From the NCBI GenBank assembly GCA_963769425.1, contig CAVYLP010000006.1, forward strand, positions 32,001 to 96,000: a DNA stretch of 64,000 bases. Direction: 5' to 3'. This stretch comes from Candidatus Bathyarchaeota archaeon. Its GTDB lineage: Archaea > Thermoproteota > Bathyarchaeia > TCS64. The notes beneath the pieces were generated by a model that was not told the DNA's origin, ran no database searches, and was given only the letters and a program-made list of their open reading frames with translations. Positions 60,705 through 64,000 of the stretch are shown here, in pieces (positions within the stretch are counted from its first letter, which is position 1; every line of letters starts with the position of its first letter). The position numbers and the translations under genes were made by a program.

Positions 60705-61163
60705 TTAGATGATGAAATATTTGGGGCAGACCTCAGCTCCGCCCGCCCACAGGGCGGTCTGGATGTTCTTAACGCCAGGTATGGCCGCTATCTCGCCGCC
60801 GAGCTTCATGAGGTGGCTGAAGTCGTGTATGACGCCGACGGCGAGGAGGTCGTGGTCGCCGACGGTCTTTGTGGCGACGATTATGTTTGGCATCTTGATG
60901 AGTGACCTAAGAATGCTGGTGGAGTCGGTCTTGGCGCCTCCGCTAGTGGAGACGTCTATATGGAAGGCAGCCATCCCCTCGTACCCTATCCTCCCCGGCT
61001 CAACGACTATGGTAGAGCCCCGGATCAGGCCCTCCTCCCTGAGCCTCTCATATCGCTTGATTACCGTGTCAGGGCTCTTGCCGAGGTCCTTGGCCATCTG
61101 ACGGAAGCTGGTCCTCGCGTCCTTGGTGAGCATCTCCACAATCTTCTCGTCTATCTCGTCCAT
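60705..61163 (-). CDS. Lrp/AsnC family regulator
   Basis: MDEIDEKIVEMLTKDARTSF HTH plus RAM domain. Confidence 0.88.
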   Translation of the reverse strand: MDEIDEKIVEMLTKDARTSFRQMAKDLGKSPDTVIKRYERLREEGLIRGSTIVVEPGRIGYEGMAAFHIDVSTSGGAKTDSTSILRSLIKMPNIIVATKTVGDHDLLAVGVIHDFSHLMKLGGEIAAIPGVKNIQTALWAGGAEVCPKYFII

Positions 61164-61636
61164 CACGGCGTAGCCCCCTTGACTCCCTCTAGCTCGAAGT
61201 TCTCGGGGCATAGGAGTATGTCCTCAGCCCAGATACTCGTGGTGACCACCTTGACGTCGGGGTGCGCCTTGGTCCTCTCTATGAAGGCGTTTAGCTCGTT
61301 CACGTTCCCGAAGGCGACGATGGCGAAGACGTTCTGCATCCCGACGCTTGGGGTGCAGAAGATGACCCCCGGCTCCCCTCGCAGGCTGTGTACGACCTCA
61401 TCGACGCGCTTGGGGTCGACGCCTATCTCGAGGCTGGCGGCACACTCGAGGCCGAGGTGTCGGGGGTCGAGGAGAATTGTTGTCCCTTTGACGATGCCGG
61501 TCCTCTTGAGGCGTTGGAAGCGCTTGATTATGGTGTCGACGCTGACGTCGCACTCCACGGCGATGTCGGCGAAGTTTGTCCGTGCGTCCCGCTGGAGGCT
61601 CCGGATGACCCGGATGTCTGTCTCGTCGAACTTCAT
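61163..61636 (-). CDS. Lrp/AsnC family regulator
   Basis: DETDIRVIRSLQRDARTNFADIA. Confidence 0.88.
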   Translation of the reverse strand: MKFDETDIRVIRSLQRDARTNFADIAVECDVSVDTIIKRFQRLKRTGIVKGTTILLDPRHLGLECAASLEIGVDPKRVDEVVHSLRGEPGVIFCTPSVGMQNVFAIVAFGNVNELNAFIERTKAHPDVKVVTTSIWAEDILLCPENFELEGVKGATP

Positions 61637-61684
61637 GCCGCGGCTCGGATGTTGATCGGGCGTTCTTGCCTAAAAGTTTGACCT

Positions 61685-61963
61685 TTATTCGGACGTTTCC
61701 GGGTTTTCCCGGTAGAAAATGGCGACGTTGCCGATGACGTCTACGAGAGCGGAGCTTGTGGCGCCTGCTATCTCCTCGCTTAGTTCATTGCGGGTCTCCT
61801 TGAAGCCGAGGAACTTGACCTTGATGAGCTGGTGGTCGGTTAGCGCCTTGTCTATGTGTGCGAGGGATTCGGGTGTGACGCCGTACTTTCCTATGTGGGC
61901 GACGGGGTCGAGTTCGTGTGCCTTCGCCTTGAGTTCGGCGCGCCTCTTGGAGGTGAGTTCCAT
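61685..61963 (-). CDS. YhbY/CRM RNA-binding protein
   Basis: LTSKRRAELKAKAH, IGKYG, LIKVK, IGNVAIFYR. Confidence 0.9.
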   Translation of the reverse strand: MELTSKRRAELKAKAHELDPVAHIGKYGVTPESLAHIDKALTDHQLIKVKFLGFKETRNELSEEIAGATSSALVDVIGNVAIFYRENPETSE

Positions 61964-62059
61964 CGTTGCACCTCCTCTAGAATTGGTTGTGGGGTATTTG
62001 GGTTTAGCCCTGTTTTGGTTAAGGCTTTATAGAGTTGAGCGTGTGGTATTGGATGCTGG

Positions 62060-62132
62060 AGCCCGGTCGTCTAGTGGACAAGGATGGAGGGCTTTGGACC
62101 CTTAGACCGGAGTTCGAATCTCCGCCGGGCTA
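62060..62132 (+). tRNA. tRNA-Gln (TTG), intronless, CCA not encoded
   Basis: AGCCCGG/CCGGGCT acceptor stem, GAGGG-CTTTGGA-CCCTT anticodon arm, CGGAG-TTCGAAT-CTCCG T arm. Confidence 0.95.
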
Positions 62133-62263
62133 CAGTATAAATCATCAATTACTTACGTTTCAAGTAAAAAATGATAGTAATTAGGATCAAACCACAGAAG
62201 ATGATCTCCGGCGAATAGGCGGGTATTCCCTCAGCCGGCGCTATATCAGGAGGCTTAACTGAA

Positions 62264-63388
62264 CTAGTGAGGCATCCGCTGTTCCCAGGTCCCGCTTGAT
62301 CCACTATAACTAAGGGCCCAGGTGTCGCCGTAGGATTGAAAGTCGGGCGGAGACCCAGTGATTCCTCCGAATAGAATCATTTTGTGATTGACTCGGTCGT
62401 ATGCCATCGACGTGTCCAGTCGGGATGGAGGCCGAGCACTGCTTGTTATTTCAGTCCATCTGTTGGAGGCGTAGTCGTAACTCCAGGTGTCGTTTCGTAT
62501 AGTTGCAGTGAAGCCATCGAAGCCACCGTATATAATCAGTTTGCCTTGATCCGAGTCGTATGCAGCCGCGAGCCAGTAGCGCTCATCTGGTTTTACGGGT
62601 GTCTCCCGCATCGACCAGATCATTCGACGCTAGGTCGTAGACCCAAACGTCGTTTGAGTAGCCATGGGTCGAGTTGCCGAAACCCTGCTTGGTAACCCAG
62701 TGCCCCCCGAACATGAGGAGCTTCCCGTTCCGAGTATCATACACCATGCTCGAACCATACTCACCGATCGCCCCGCTTGGTAGCGGCTTACTGGCGGGAT
62801 TCATCTCAGTCCACACGTTAGTGGAAGGGTCGAAGACCCATGTATCCCCGAGGATGACGTCGTTCTGCCCGTATCCGCCGAACATCACTACCTTCTTGTT
62901 TGCCTCGTCGTACGCCATGGCGGCGGATTGCCGGGCCGGGGGCCTCACCGCGGGCGTGATCTGCGTCCAAGTTTTCGCTCTGATGTCGAATATCCACGTG
63001 TCGTCGAACCGCGCTTCCCCCCACCCCCGAAGAGGACGAGCCTCTGGAGGTCGGGCACATACGCGACCGAGTAGAGGAACTTCGTCGGGGAGTAGGAACT
63101 CGTGGCAACCTGCGTCCAGGTGTTCGCCGCGTAGTCGTATGACCAGAGATCGCTGTAGCCCTTCCAGTCGCCCCCCTCCTGTATCCCCCCGCCGTAGAGC
63201 AGAGTCCTCCCCGACGCCTGATCGAACACCAGACGCATAGCCTCCCGCTTCGAGGGCGAGGCATCGGCAGATCCTGCAGGAGGGAGCGCCAGGGTCGAGG
63301 AATAGATGAGTAGAAATACAAGGCCCAGACGCAGAAGCGCAGCTAGCTTGTGCAGTGGAACAGGTACCTGCACCACCATCTCTCGCAC
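62264..63388 (-). CDS. secreted Kelch/beta-propeller protein (several frameshifts)
   Basis: Repeated MAYD...LFGG...DTW.YD...W units across three ORF pieces; signal peptide. Confidence 0.8.
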
Positions 63389-63460
63389 CTCCTGTAGAAC
63401 TCACCGATCCTCCTCACGGCAGGATCATTCGCCAACTTGAATATCATAGCCTCAACATCA

Positions 63461-64000
63461 TCAAAACCCATGTGTTCTCACCACGCGTCTAATACCGAAC
63501 AGAATCACCAACCCCACACCGAGGACCGCGGCCTCGATGGGAAACCCGGGCACCGCCCCCTGACCCGATTTATCCCCGGGTAAAGTACCTTCACTCGGGG
63601 CTTCACCCAACCTCACCGGGTACCTGTCGACCGAGTTCACTGACCCATCGATCTTGTACCCACCCGCTCCACCGTAGTCGGACCACAGCGTTCCCCAACT
63701 TCAGCTCCTCGCTGAACCAGGCGTTCCCGACTCCCTCGTCGAGCGCCTGACTACCCACCTCGAAGTGGTAGATGGAGTCCCAGTCGTAGGATTCTATGCC
63801 AGCGTTGTCGATGAGGGTGTTGTTGTAGATGAGGTTCCCCTGGGAGGAGCGGATGACGAAGACGCCGTGGGCTCCGTTGCCGACGATCGTGTTGTTGACC
63901 ACCACGTTCCCGTTGGAAAAGCGAAGGCTTACCCCGTGGTACCCGTTGTGACTCAGGTCGTTCCCGGCTATGACGCAATCATCGGAGTAGTTCGTGTGGA
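63461..64000 (-). CDS. NosD/parallel beta-helix surface protein, 3' part, with VPGFP sorting signal (frameshift ~63690)
   Basis: NNTIVGN..HG, NLIYNN, WSDY, DRYP, then AVPGFPIEAA-TM-RR. Confidence 0.75.

Overview
Archaeal chromosomal window, most likely Bathyarchaeia (inferred from Cbf5, Alba, an A1-U72 tRNA-Gln, an archaeosortase, Hdr genes and pyrrolysine-free MtmB homologs). From left to right it contains: a pstSCAB-phoU locus with an AbrB-PhoU regulator; an AT-rich decayed island (~11.6-20.1 kb) with pseudogenes, an ABC-2/COG1470 module, an integrase-like remnant and several tRNA-end-like scars; an hdrC-hdrB-frdB-frdA-hdrA operon whose fused MvhD domain lacks all cysteines, next to a two-subunit fumarase; two structured non-coding segments upstream of a small PD-(D/E)xK-like nuclease gene; an archaeosortase with a neighbouring substrate; two non-Pyl MtmB-family methyltransferases with a corrinoid protein and an ASKHA activator; three paralogous surface genes sharing a promoter; NrdH-NrdD divergent from a CARF-wHTH regulator; and cbf5, amt, tandem Lrp genes and tRNA-Gln. 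Many otherwise intact genes carry single-base frameshifts, probably long-read assembly errors. No CRISPR array or rRNA was seen. All family calls come from motif recognition by eye; no database searches were run.
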